DNA from: Thermoanaerobaculia bacterium
GTDB lineage: Bacteria; Acidobacteriota; Thermoanaerobaculia; UBA5066
DNA length: 64,000 nt
Direction of reading: 5' to 3'
Assembly (NCBI GenBank): GCA_963816185.1
Contig: CAWFJJ010000005.1
Location: 1-64,000, forward strand
Part shown: positions 21,728 to 31,790 of the stretch, one piece after another
How the letters are laid out: each line of letters starts with the position of its first letter
How positions within the stretch are numbered: position 1 is the stretch's first letter
The notes under the pieces: generated by a model
Databases searched by the model: none
What the model was told of the DNA's origin: nothing
The model's input: the letters and a program-made list of their open reading frames with translations, nothing else
Made by a program: the position numbers and the translations under genes

Positions 21728-23242
21728 ATGAGCGCGAAGCACGGTCTTCCCTTACGCGGTCTGATGTCGACCGGGTTCTCCGCGGCCTTCGAAGGCCGAT
21801 TCGGGCGGATGTTCCGATCGCAGCGTCCCGCCGTCTTCGGAGCGACGGAGGCGGACAACCTCGCGAACCTCGCCAGACTCGGTGACGCGATGTCGAATGC
21901 GTTCGACCCCCCGAAGGACGGCAAGGACGACGAGGAAAGCGGCATCCCGGCGCTCTACACGTACTTCGGCCAGTTCGTCGATCACGACATCACGTTCGAC
22001 CCCGCCAGCAGTCTCCAGAAGCAGAACGACCCCGACGCGCTGGTGGACTTCCGTACCCCCGCGTTCGACCTGGACAACGTTTACGGGCGCGGGTCGGACG
22101 ATCAGCCCTACATGTACGACGGAGGGGACTCGTTTCTGCTCGGCGACCCCATCCAGGGCGGAGACGCGAGCGCGAGGGACCTGGCGCGCAACAGCGCCAC
22201 GCCCCGTCGCGCGCTCATCGGAGATCCGCGCAACGACGAGAACTCCATCGTCTCGCAGCTTCAGGGGCTCTTCCTGCGATTTCACAACCGCACACGAAAG
22301 GACAACCCCGGCCTCGACTTCGGCGAGGTCCAGAAGAAGGTCCGCTTCCACTATCAGTACGTCGTCCTGAACGACTTCCTGCCGCGAATCGTCGACTCCT
22401 CGGTGCTGAACGACCTGAAGTCGGCGAACCAGTACGACCGGGCCAAGATCAAATTCTTCCACTGGAAGCACCAGCCGTTCATGCCGGTCGAGTTCTCCGT
22501 CGCGGCCTACCGTCTGGGGCACTCGATGATCCGCCCCGGCTATCGCCTCAACGATTCCATCCTGCTTCCCATCTTCCCGGTCCCCTCTTCGGTCGCCCCC
22601 GGTTTCCCGGAGGGTCTCACGGGATTCCGCGCCATGAATCCCGCCTGGGGAATCGACTGGGGGCGGTTCATCGACATCGACATCCGCGACTACGACGGCA
22701 GCGACGCGGTCAAGGCCAAGCGGCTGCAGTTCGCGTACCGGATCGACACTTCGATCGTCAACCCGCTGAAGAACCTCCCGGCGGCCGTCGCGAGCAACCC
22801 GTCCTCCCTCGCGCAGCGAAATCTCGAGCGCAGCTGGCGCCTCGGCCTTCCCTCGGGGCAGGACGTCGCCCGCGCCATGGGCCTCAAGCCGCTCGATGAC
22901 AAGGACATTCTCATCGGTCAGGGCGTGGACAAGCCGGACGCACCGCTCCCGAACATCGTCGCGGCCGCCGGCCCGGTGTTCGCGAAGAACTGTCCGCTCT
23001 GGACCTACATCCTCGCGGAGGCGATGCACTTCAAGGCGCCCGTCAAGATCCCGGTCAAGAAGGCCGTCACCGTCAGCACGCCGAGGCTGGGCCCCGTCGG
23101 AGGGCGCCTCGTGGCCGAAGTCTTCCTCGGCCTCCTTTTCGGCGACAACAACTCCTTCCTGAGTCAGGCGCCGTTCTGGCAGCCCGAGAAGAAACCAGAC
23201 TATGCGCTGAAGGACTTCGTGAACTACGCCCTGGGAAGCTGA
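21728..23242 (+). CDS. heme peroxidase (peroxidase-cyclooxygenase superfamily, bacterial)
   Basis: YTYFGQFVDHDITFD, GDPRNDEN, AYRLGHSMIR, GLPSGQ, PLWTYILAEA, LGPVGGRLVAEV. Confidence 0.9.
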   Translation: MSAKHGLPLRGLMSTGFSAAFEGRFGRMFRSQRPAVFGATEADNLANLARLGDAMSNAFDPPKDGKDDEESGIPALYTYFGQFVDHDITFDPASSLQKQNDPDALVDFRTPAFDLDNVYGRGSDDQPYMYDGGDSFLLGDPIQGGDASARDLARNSATPRRALIGDPRNDENSIVSQLQGLFLRFHNRTRKDNPGLDFGEVQKKVRFHYQYVVLNDFLPRIVDSSVLNDLKSANQYDRAKIKFFHWKHQPFMPVEFSVAAYRLGHSMIRPGYRLNDSILLPIFPVPSSVAPGFPEGLTGFRAMNPAWGIDWGRFIDIDIRDYDGSDAVKAKRLQFAYRIDTSIVNPLKNLPAAVASNPSSLAQRNLERSWRLGLPSGQDVARAMGLKPLDDKDILIGQGVDKPDAPLPNIVAAAGPVFAKNCPLWTYILAEAMHFKAPVKIPVKKAVTVSTPRLGPVGGRLVAEVFLGLLFGDNNSFLSQAPFWQPEKKPDYALKDFVNYALGS

Positions 23243-23267
23243 AGGAGTCGTCCTGGGGCCAAAACGA

Positions 23268-23304
23268 AATACCGGACATCGGTCAGAACCCGATGTCCGG
23301 TATT
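23268..23304. terminator. hairpin between convergent genes, probably a bidirectional terminator
   Basis: 15-bp perfect stem AATACCGGACATCGG/CCGATGTCCGGTATT. Confidence 0.7.
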
Positions 23305-23326
23305 CAATGCACTCAGCCAGAACCGC

Positions 23327-24822
23327 TCAATGCGGCTTCAGGTGTCCGGGCGCAGACGGCTTGCCATGCCCATGCGGCTCCGACCCCGCGATCGCGGACG
23401 TGCCATCGCCCGGCGAGACGAGCTGGATCAGGTAATCGACGAGTCCGTCGGCCCTCGGGGAACCGAGACCCGTCGCGGCGTCCCAGCCCGGTCCGGCATT
23501 GAAGCCCAGCACATCAGGAAGAACGGAGTTATTGCCGCTCGTCACGTCGAAGAAAGAAGCTGTGTAGTGTTTCTGTGCCTGGCCGATATGGTAGGCCGCC
23601 TTGTTGATGAAGCCGAGGCCGTATCCGGCTTTCTGGTCGGCAATCGCCTGGATGGCCGCCCACTGCGGCGAGCCGGCGCTCGTGCCGCCGAAGAGATACA
23701 TACCGGCCGGGATTCCCGGGATGTTGAGGTACGTCAGCACACCATGGAGGACGGCGGCGCTGTACGACACATCCGGTTCTCCCCGATGCTTGCCGCCATG
23801 GATCGTTCCCTGCTGGTACGAGGGCTCGTCGTACAGGACACTGAATCCGCCCCCGGTGGCGCCGATGCCAAGGGATACTTCGTTCCACACAATCTCGCCC
23901 TGATAGGTTCCCGGAGCCGGGTTCGCGGTCGGATCGCAGCCAAGGGACGCCAGGCAATAGCGAGCCGCGTGCAGCTCGGTACCGCCCACGGCGGTGACCA
24001 GCGGGTCAGCTGGCAGGCGAGGAGGCGGCTTTGACGAGCGATGAGCCGTCGCACGACGGCTGGCCTGCGCCGTCATCACCGGCGGAGGCGAAGAGCGTGA
24101 TGTTCTTCCTGGTGGCGTCCGCGAACACCTGATGTTGCATCGCGAGCGTGTTCGGGTCCATGCAGCTCTCGTTCTCGCCGAAGCTCTGGGAGATGACGTT
24201 GCCGTTGACGTCGCCGAGGTTGTTATCCACCGCGTACTTCGTGGCGCTCAGGATGTCGGCGTCGATCGTTCGATTTTGCGAGGACGAGCACGATGTTGGC
24301 GCCGGGGGCGATCGCGTGCGCCCACAGGACGTCCAGCGAGATCTCCTCGGCCCACCCGGTCATGTTGGAATCACCGATGATAAACGGCGTCAGGCCGTCC
24401 GGCGCGATCTGCGTGAACGTGCCGAGGCTGGGGTTGGGCGGGCCGCCGAGCCCGTTCAGGCTGGGCAGACCGTAAAAGCTGTTGTAGAAATTCAGCTGCT
24501 GCACGATGTTCGGAGACTGGAAGGCGTCGACGATGACGATCGTCTTTCCCCTGCCGTCGAGGCCCGCGTTGACGAGCGTGTCGATGTTGTAGGCATGCCG
24601 CATCTGATAGGGGTCGTAACAGGTGGTACCTGGGTTGAGGCCGAGGACCTGGCAGGTGAACAGGCCATAGTCCGGGCTAGCGGCAGCGGCCGGGATTGCC
24701 TGCGGGCCAACCTTGAGGAACGGCGATACGGAGGAGCGCACGTTGGCTGCGCTGCCGGGCGTTGCCACGAGGCCGATCATCAAGGCGACTGCGAAAAGGG
24801 AGAGAACCTTACGGGTCTTCAT
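23327..24822 (-). CDS. S53 sedolisin-family peptidase, secreted (two frameshifts)
   Basis: Signal peptide; EISLDV, SQSFG, ASAGDDG, GGTSAGSP and WDAATGLGSP motifs. Confidence 0.85.
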
Positions 24823-25137
24823 GTGTACCCTTTCTTCTGGAGCAAGATGTTCGTCAATACTGTTGGTTTACGCGCGCGTGGATACCCTAGACAACGAAGA
24901 AAAGCTCGATTAGCACCTCCATAGAACGATAAGAACCGAATCTGACCCACAGGGTTCACGGGACTGCGACGAGGATGGGCACCTCGACCCGTCCGGGTGT
25001 TCCGGCCCGGAGTCTTAGTTGAGATCCGGTCTCTGTCAAGGGCGAGAGGCCCCTCAATGCCCCTCCAGAGAGGGCGAGGAATTCAGAATCCCCGCGCTCG
25101 CGGAGAGGAGCAGGTTCTTCTAGCATCCGGGGTCATC

Positions 25138-26001
25138 ATGAAAGAAGCGGTCGAAGTCCGTTTGATCGCCGTCGTCGGCGCCGGGGCGATGGGGAGCGGC
25201 ATCGCCCAGGTCGCGGCGACCTCCGGGTTCAGAGTCAATCTCTCCGACGTTTCCGCCGCCGTCCTCGAGAAGGCCCTCGCGTCGATCAAGAAGAGCCTCG
25301 CGCGCCTCGTGAAGGCCGGGACGCTCACGGAGGAGCAGGCCGCCGGCGCGCTCTCACGGATCGAGACGATGATCGACCCGGCCGATGCCGTGCGCGAGGC
25401 GCAGGCGGTCATCGAGGCGGTTCCGGAGGATCTCGCGCTCAAGCGGGAAGTCTTCCGCCGGCTCGACGAGACGGCGCCCGCGAACGCTCTCCTCCTCTCC
25501 AACACCTCGGAGCTCTCGATCGCCGAGCTCGCCTCCGCGACGAATCGAAAGGACCGTGTCGCGGGAATGCACTGGTTCAATCCGCCGCCCTTGATGAGGC
25601 TGATCGAGATCGTCCGGGCGGAGGAGACCTCGGACGAGACCGTCGCGGCGGTCGAGGAGCTCTCCCGCCGGATGGGAAAAGAGACCGTCGTCTGCCGCGA
25701 CTCCCGCGGCTTCATCACGTCGCGGGCGCTGGCGGCGCACGTCCTCGAGTGCTTCCGGATCGCCGAGGAGGGGATCGCGACCCCGAAGGACATCGACACG
25801 GCGATCCGCCTCGGCCTCAACTATCCGATGGGCCCGTTCGAGCTCGCGGACTACGTCGGGCTCGACGTCCTCGCCGCCGCCGCGCGCGGCCTGGCCGAGG
25901 CGCACGGCCCCCGCTTCGCGCCGCCGCGCATTCTCCTTTCGCGTGTCGAGAAGGGACACCTCGGCCGCAAGACGGGGAAGGGCTTCTACGACCATGGGTG
26001 A
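25138..26001 (+). CDS. 3-hydroxyacyl-CoA dehydrogenase
   Basis: GAGAMGSG, EAVPE, SNTS, GMHWFNP, PMGPFEL, LGRKTGKGFY. Confidence 0.92.
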   Translation: MKEAVEVRLIAVVGAGAMGSGIAQVAATSGFRVNLSDVSAAVLEKALASIKKSLARLVKAGTLTEEQAAGALSRIETMIDPADAVREAQAVIEAVPEDLALKREVFRRLDETAPANALLLSNTSELSIAELASATNRKDRVAGMHWFNPPPLMRLIEIVRAEETSDETVAAVEELSRRMGKETVVCRDSRGFITSRALAAHVLECFRIAEEGIATPKDIDTAIRLGLNYPMGPFELADYVGLDVLAAAARGLAEAHGPRFAPPRILLSRVEKGHLGRKTGKGFYDHG

Positions 26002-27190
26002 GACGGTTCTCCTGTCCTACGCGCGCACCGCGTTCGGAAAGTTCGGCGGCGCGCTCCGCGACGTCCCCGGCCTGGACCTGGCCGCGACCGCGATCGCGGG
26101 CGCCCTCCAGCGCGCGGGTCTCGACCCCAGGGAGGTGGACGAGGTCTTCGGAGGCTGCTGCGCGCCGGCCGAGGCCGGAGTCGTCGCGCCCGTCATCGCG
26201 CGGCGCGCACTGATGAAGGCGGGCCTCCCCGCCAGCGTCCCGTCCCTGACGCTGGACCGTGCGTGCTGCTCGTCGATCGCGGCTCTCCAGATGGCCGACC
26301 GTGCAATCCGCGCGGGAGACGTCCGCACAGCCGTCGTCTTCGGCGTCGAGAATCTCTCTCGCGTCCCTCTCGTCGCCTCGCCGCGCGTGAGGTGGGGAAC
26401 GAGCGTCGGCTCGGTGACTCTCGAGGACGCGCTCTACCGGATGGAGTACCCCGAGTTCGCGCCGGTGTCCGTGGATGCCGGCGAAGTGGCCGTGGAATTC
26501 GGCATCGGCCGCGAGGAGCAGGACGACTGGGCGCTCAGGTCGCAGCGGTCGTACGCCCGGGCGCTGGCGGAGGGGATCCCGAAGGAGGAGATCGTTCCGC
26601 TGACGCTGCCGGGCGGGAAGATCTTCGAGGCCGACGAGCTCCCGAGGCCGGGGACGACACGCGAGGCGCTCGCGAAGCTCCCGACGATCTACGGCTCGCC
26701 GACCGTCACCGCGGGAAACGCTCCCGGCCTCGACGCAGGCGCGGCGGCGCTCGTCGTCATGTCCGCGGCCGAGGCGCGCCGCCGAGGCGTGCGACCGCTC
26801 GCCCGGCTCCGTTCCTACGCCGCCGTGGCGCTCGCTCCGCGGCGGATGGCCGAGGCGCCGGCTGCGGCGGCAGAATGCGCGCTTCTGCGTACGGGCCTGC
26901 CTCTCGCCTCCCTCGACCGGGTCGAGATCAACGAGGCCTTTGCGGCGGTGCCGCTCGTCTCGACGAAAAAGCTCGCCCGAGATGACACGGCGGCGCTCGC
27001 CGTGCTGCGCGAGAAAACGAATGCCGACGGCGGCGCCATCGCGATCGGGCATCCCGTGGGAGCGTCGGGCGCACGGATCGTGGGGACGCTGGCGATGGCG
27101 CTCAGGCGGCGCGGCGGCGGGTACGGCCTCGCGGCGATCTGCGGAGGCCTCGCCCAGGGCGACGCCGCCGTGCTCGAGGCCGACGGGTGA
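25994..27190 (+). CDS. thiolase (acetyl-CoA acyltransferase)
   Basis: RACCSS, EINEAFA, GHPVGASGARI, AICGG. Confidence 0.92.
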   Translation: MGETVLLSYARTAFGKFGGALRDVPGLDLAATAIAGALQRAGLDPREVDEVFGGCCAPAEAGVVAPVIARRALMKAGLPASVPSLTLDRACCSSIAALQMADRAIRAGDVRTAVVFGVENLSRVPLVASPRVRWGTSVGSVTLEDALYRMEYPEFAPVSVDAGEVAVEFGIGREEQDDWALRSQRSYARALAEGIPKEEIVPLTLPGGKIFEADELPRPGTTREALAKLPTIYGSPTVTAGNAPGLDAGAAALVVMSAAEARRRGVRPLARLRSYAAVALAPRRMAEAPAAAAECALLRTGLPLASLDRVEINEAFAAVPLVSTKKLARDDTAALAVLREKTNADGGAIAIGHPVGASGARIVGTLAMALRRRGGGYGLAAICGGLAQGDAAVLEADG

Positions 27191-28230
27191 GGGCGAACTT
27201 CGGCCGTCCTCTCTCGGGAATCCGCGTGGTCGATCTGACGTCGCTCCTGCCTGGCGGCCTCGCGACGCGCCTCCTTGCCGACCTGGGCGCGGACGTCGTC
27301 AAGGTGGAACCGCCGGGGGGCGAGTCGGGACGCCGCTTTCCGCCGCTCGACGACGGACTCAGCGTCTACTACCGCCTCACAGCGGGCGGCAAGAAGGTGC
27401 GCTTTCTCGATCTGAAGACGCCGAAAGGCCGGGCCGAGCTGGTCCGCCTCGTGGCGCGCGCAGACGTGCTGATCCATTCGCTGAGACCCGGTGCCGTCCG
27501 GAGGCTCTCGCTCTCCGCGCGCGAGGTCGCCGCCTGGAATCCGCGTCTCGTGCAGGTGCGCATCGCGGGCTTTCGCCGGTCGGAAAAGGCCGGCCACGAC
27601 GCGAACTTTCTCGCTTCGTCTGGCCTCCTCGACCTGAACCGCGACGGGCGCGGCCGGCCGGTCATCCCTCGGTTTCAGATCCCGGACGTCGCGGGCGGAG
27701 CGTGGCCCGCGGTGGCGGCAGTCCTGACGGGCCTTCTCGAGCGGGAGCGGACGGGCCGGGCCACCGCGGCCACGGTGTCGCTGCACGAAGGAAGCCTCGC
27801 GCTCCTCTCGTTCGGCGCCGCCGAGTACCTCGCGACCGGGCGGGTGGCGAGCGGCGGTGCCCTCGTGACGGCCGAGCTCCACCCCTGCTACGGCCTCTAC
27901 CCGACGAAGGACGGACGCCTCCTCGCCGTCGCCTGCATCGAATCCAAGTTCTGGGCCGGCTTCTGCAACGCGATCGGCCTGCCGGATCTCGTCCCTCTCC
28001 AGTACGCGTCCGGCGCAGCGGGGCGGAAGGCGAGGCGGCAGCTCGCGGCGGCGACGCGGCGCCGGACGTTCGCGGAGTGGAAACGGCAGCTCGAGCCTCT
28101 CGACGTCTGCGTGACGCCTGTCGCGACGCTCGCCGAAGCCGTGCGTGAGGATCTCCGGCTGGAGAAGGGTCGCGGCGTCTTCCGCCGCGGCCGCGGCGGG
28201 CGGTACGAGATCATCCCGAGGATCCGCTGA
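27187..28230 (+). CDS. CaiB/BaiF family III CoA-transferase
   Basis: LPGG..LADLGADVVKVEPP..LDLK..GHD. Confidence 0.88.
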   Translation: MRANFGRPLSGIRVVDLTSLLPGGLATRLLADLGADVVKVEPPGGESGRRFPPLDDGLSVYYRLTAGGKKVRFLDLKTPKGRAELVRLVARADVLIHSLRPGAVRRLSLSAREVAAWNPRLVQVRIAGFRRSEKAGHDANFLASSGLLDLNRDGRGRPVIPRFQIPDVAGGAWPAVAAVLTGLLERERTGRATAATVSLHEGSLALLSFGAAEYLATGRVASGGALVTAELHPCYGLYPTKDGRLLAVACIESKFWAGFCNAIGLPDLVPLQYASGAAGRKARRQLAAATRRRTFAEWKRQLEPLDVCVTPVATLAEAVREDLRLEKGRGVFRRGRGGRYEIIPRIR

Positions 28231-29364
28231 ATGAAGCCGCTCTTCGAGGACCTCCGAACGGAGGAGCAACGGGCCCTCGCCGGGACGGTCCGCCGCTTCG
28301 TGAGCGCCGAGCTCAAGCCGTATCTCGCCTCCTCGCCGCCGGACGAGTTTCCGCGCGCGCTCTTCTCGCGGCTCTGCGCGATGGGCCTTGGCGGCATCCC
28401 GTTCCCGGCCGAATACGACGGGGGAGGCGCCGACTACACGACGTACGCCCTCGTCCTCGAGGAGCTGGCCGTCGCCGGCGGCGCTCTCGCCGGCACGCTT
28501 TCGGTTCACGGCCTGCCGCAGCTCGTCCTGAGCCGGTTCGGAACCGAAGAGCAGAAGCGCCTGTACCTGCCACGCCTCGCCGCGGGAGAGCTGCTCGGAG
28601 CTTTCGCCCTGACCGAGCCCGAGACGGGCTCCGATGCCGGGGCGATCGCGACGCGCGCGGCGGCGGATGGAGACGGATTCCTCATCAGCGGGAACAAGGC
28701 CTGGATCACGCATTCGGCCGTGGCGGATCTCTTCGTCCTGTTCGCGCGGACGGGCGAGGAGGAGATCTCGGCGTTTCTCGTCGAGAAAGACGCTCCCGGC
28801 CTCACGCCCCTTCCTCCCGAGAGAAAGATGGGGCTCCGGCGATCGCCCACCGGCGGACTCTCGCTCGCCGGCGTGCGCGTGCCGGCCGCCGCGCTCGTGG
28901 GACGGCCGGGGGACGGTTTAGGAATCGCGCTGACCGCCCTCGACTCGGGGCGTATCACGATCGGAGCCCTCGCGGTCGGCCTCTGCCGGGGCGCTCTCGA
29001 CGCCGCGCTCGGCTACGTGAGGACGCGGAAGGCCTTCGGCCGCCCGCTCGAGAAGAACGACGTCGTTAGGGCGCGCCTCGCGGAGATGGCCGCGCGTTTG
29101 GAGGCGGCGGCCGCCCTCGTGCGCGAGGCCGCGCGCCTTCGCGACTCGGAGCGGCCGTTCACGGCCGCGGCGGCGGCGGCGAAGCTCGTCGCCACCGACA
29201 CCGCTCTCTTCGTGACCTCCGAGGCTGTCCAGCTCTGCGGGGCGACCGGCGTTTCCGAGGAGTTCCCCGCCATCCACCTCTTCAACGACGCGAAGATCGC
29301 GCAGATCGTCGAGGGCGCCAACGACGTGCAACGGATGGTTCTGGCGCGGGCGATCCTCGCCTGA
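28231..29364 (+). CDS. acyl-CoA dehydrogenase
   Basis: FALTEPETGSDA, GNKAWIT, KMGLR, IVEGANDVQR. Confidence 0.92.
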   Translation: MKPLFEDLRTEEQRALAGTVRRFVSAELKPYLASSPPDEFPRALFSRLCAMGLGGIPFPAEYDGGGADYTTYALVLEELAVAGGALAGTLSVHGLPQLVLSRFGTEEQKRLYLPRLAAGELLGAFALTEPETGSDAGAIATRAAADGDGFLISGNKAWITHSAVADLFVLFARTGEEEISAFLVEKDAPGLTPLPPERKMGLRRSPTGGLSLAGVRVPAAALVGRPGDGLGIALTALDSGRITIGALAVGLCRGALDAALGYVRTRKAFGRPLEKNDVVRARLAEMAARLEAAAALVREAARLRDSERPFTAAAAAAKLVATDTALFVTSEAVQLCGATGVSEEFPAIHLFNDAKIAQIVEGANDVQRMVLARAILA

Positions 29365-29387
29365 GGAAGAGCCGGAAAGGAGTCGCG

Positions 29388-31001
29388 ATGCGCGGGCTCA
29401 TGCAGCACGATCCGCTCGTCGTCAACCGGATCCTCGAGCGCGCGGTGACGCTCTTCCCGTGGCAGGAGATCGTCACCCTCACGAAGAGCGGCGTTCACCG
29501 CGAGACGTTCGCGGCGTTCGGCGGGCGCGTCTCTCGCCTGGCCTCCGCGCTCGCGGCGCTCGGCGTGGGGCCGGGAGACCGCGTCGGCACGTTCGCCTTC
29601 AACACGTTCCGGCACCAGGAGCTCTACTGCGCGGTGCCGTGCATGGGGGCCGTTCTCCACACGCTGAACATCCGGCTCCACGCCGACCAGACGGCGTGGA
29701 TCGCGAACCACGCGGGGGACCGCGTCGTCTTCGTCGACGCGGCGCTCCTTCCGGCTTTCGCAGCGATCGCGCCGCAGCTCAGGTCGGTGGAGCAGGTCGT
29801 CGTCATGGGTGAAGCGGACCCGCGCGCCCTGCCCGCGAGCTTCGACTACGAGGAGCTCCTCGCCGCCGCAGCCCCGGACTTTTCCTGGCCGGAGCCGGAC
29901 GAGAACGACGCCGCCGCGATGTGCTACACGAGCGGCACGACGGGCAGCCCGAAAGGCGTCGTCTACTCGCATCGATCGACGGTCCTCCACGCCACGATGG
30001 TGAACCTCGCGAGCTGCCTCGGTCTGACCGACCGGGACGCCGTCCTCCCGGTCGTTCCGATGTTCCATGCGAACGCATGGGGCATCCCGTATGCAGCCCT
30101 GATGGCAGGCTCGAAGATCGTTCTCGCCGGCGCCGCGAGCGCCGACCCTGCGGCCCTCGTCGGCCTCATCCAGGGCGAACGCGTGACGGTGACGGCCGGC
30201 GTCCCGACGGTGTGGACCAGCCTTCTCCACCACCTCGAGGCGACGCGATGCGATCTGTCGTCTCTTCGGCTCGTCACCGTCGGCGGCTCCGCGACGCCCG
30301 TTTCGATGATCGAGCGGTTCAAGAGGCTGGCGGGCGTCGACGTCGTGCAGGGGTGGGGAATGACCGAAACCGGACCGGTCGCGTCGCTCTCTTTCCCGAC
30401 CGACGAGATGCGGGCGCTTCCCGAATCCGAGCAGGTCCGGATGCGCGCCCGGCAGGGCCGCGTCGTCCCGGGCGTGAGGTGCCGCGTCGTCTCGCCCGAA
30501 GGCCGGGTCGCGCCGTGGGACGACCGGACGAGGGGAGAGCTCGAGGTGAAGGGAAACTGGGTCGCGGCGTCGTACTACAACGACGAGAAATCGGCGGAGC
30601 GATTCGACGACGGCTGGCTTCGGACCGGAGACATCGCCGTGGTGGACGCCCGGGGGTCGATCCGCATCCTCGATCGCGCGAAGGACCTCGTGAAGTCCGG
30701 AGGCGAGTGGATCTCGAGCGTCGATCTCGAGCTGGAGCTGGCCGGACACCCTTCGATTCTCGAGGCGGCGGTAATCGGCATTCCCGACGAGAAGTGGGAC
30801 GAGCGTCCTCTGGCCTGCGTCGTCGTGAAGCCGGGGACGCAAGTTTCGCCGGACGAGTTGCGTACTTTCCTCTCCTCGAGGGTGCCGAAGTGGTGGCTGC
30901 CCGACGAGATCGTCTTCCTGGCCGAGCTGCCGAAGACGAGCGTCGGCAAGCTGGACAAGAAGGTGCTGCGTCAGCGATTCCGGGAGCGCCGCCCCGGATG
31001 A
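29388..31001 (+). CDS. medium/long-chain fatty-acid--CoA ligase
   Basis: YTSGTTGSPKG, GWGMTET, RTGD, KSGGEWISS, PKTSVGK. Confidence 0.92.
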   Translation: MRGLMQHDPLVVNRILERAVTLFPWQEIVTLTKSGVHRETFAAFGGRVSRLASALAALGVGPGDRVGTFAFNTFRHQELYCAVPCMGAVLHTLNIRLHADQTAWIANHAGDRVVFVDAALLPAFAAIAPQLRSVEQVVVMGEADPRALPASFDYEELLAAAAPDFSWPEPDENDAAAMCYTSGTTGSPKGVVYSHRSTVLHATMVNLASCLGLTDRDAVLPVVPMFHANAWGIPYAALMAGSKIVLAGAASADPAALVGLIQGERVTVTAGVPTVWTSLLHHLEATRCDLSSLRLVTVGGSATPVSMIERFKRLAGVDVVQGWGMTETGPVASLSFPTDEMRALPESEQVRMRARQGRVVPGVRCRVVSPEGRVAPWDDRTRGELEVKGNWVAASYYNDEKSAERFDDGWLRTGDIAVVDARGSIRILDRAKDLVKSGGEWISSVDLELELAGHPSILEAAVIGIPDEKWDERPLACVVVKPGTQVSPDELRTFLSSRVPKWWLPDEIVFLAELPKTSVGKLDKKVLRQRFRERRPG

Positions 31002-31014
31002 GTCAGCGACCAGC

Positions 31015-31518
31015 CTACTTGCCGGGCTCCGCCTTCTTCCCTTCAGCCGGAATGAGGTCGAATTTTCCGTTCACCACCGCGAAGATGACGCACCCGCCGG
31101 CACTCGCGGCGTCGCACCCGGTCACGTGCTTCACCGTGTGGGGTTCGTACTCGTAGGAGCCGGGCGGGAGCTTCTTCTCCGGCCCGCCCTCCGTCGACGC
31201 GATGATCGTCCCCGAGATGACCGCGAAGCGGATGTCGGACGAGTGCGTGTGGAGCGGGGCCGTGAATCCCGGCTTGAACTTGTGGAAGGCTCCATGGGGT
31301 CCCTTGGCCGGATCGCCCCAGACAACCGCCATCATGACGTCGGCGTTCGCCGGGTTGGGGACCCACTTCAGCTCGTCGGGCGTGACGGTCACGAGCTTGG
31401 CGGGCCTGGCGGCATGTTTCGCCTTTGTCGGACCTGCCTTCGCCTCCTCCGCGAGAGCTCCGGGAGCGAAGAGGACAATTGCGGAGGCCACCAGAATGCC
31501 TTTCAAGAGAGTTTTCAT
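31015..31518 (-). CDS. secreted cupin-domain protein (DUF4437-like)
   Basis: Signal peptide; WGDP, PLHTHS..ISG, PGSY. Confidence 0.75.
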   Translation of the reverse strand: MKTLLKGILVASAIVLFAPGALAEEAKAGPTKAKHAARPAKLVTVTPDELKWVPNPANADVMMAVVWGDPAKGPHGAFHKFKPGFTAPLHTHSSDIRFAVISGTIIASTEGGPEKKLPPGSYEYEPHTVKHVTGCDAASAGGCVIFAVVNGKFDLIPAEGKKAEPGK

Positions 31519-31790
31519 GGCACGTCTCCTTTTGAGACTGAATATCACATGCGCACGTGATCCGCTACTCCAGCAGTGACGCCCGTTCCTTCCGAACCTC
31601 GTCCATCTTCACGTTGTGGTCCCCGGGTCGTCGAGGTAGAGGATCCCTCGGGGCACGACGCCTGAGATTTCAGTGACGCAACTCACGTCGCGAGGTGCGT
31701 GATTCGCCGCAGAATCCGCCCCAATCCGGCGAACCTGCTGGTTCGCAAGATCGCCGCGCTAGAAGAGAACACTACAGCCCGGGAGGGACC

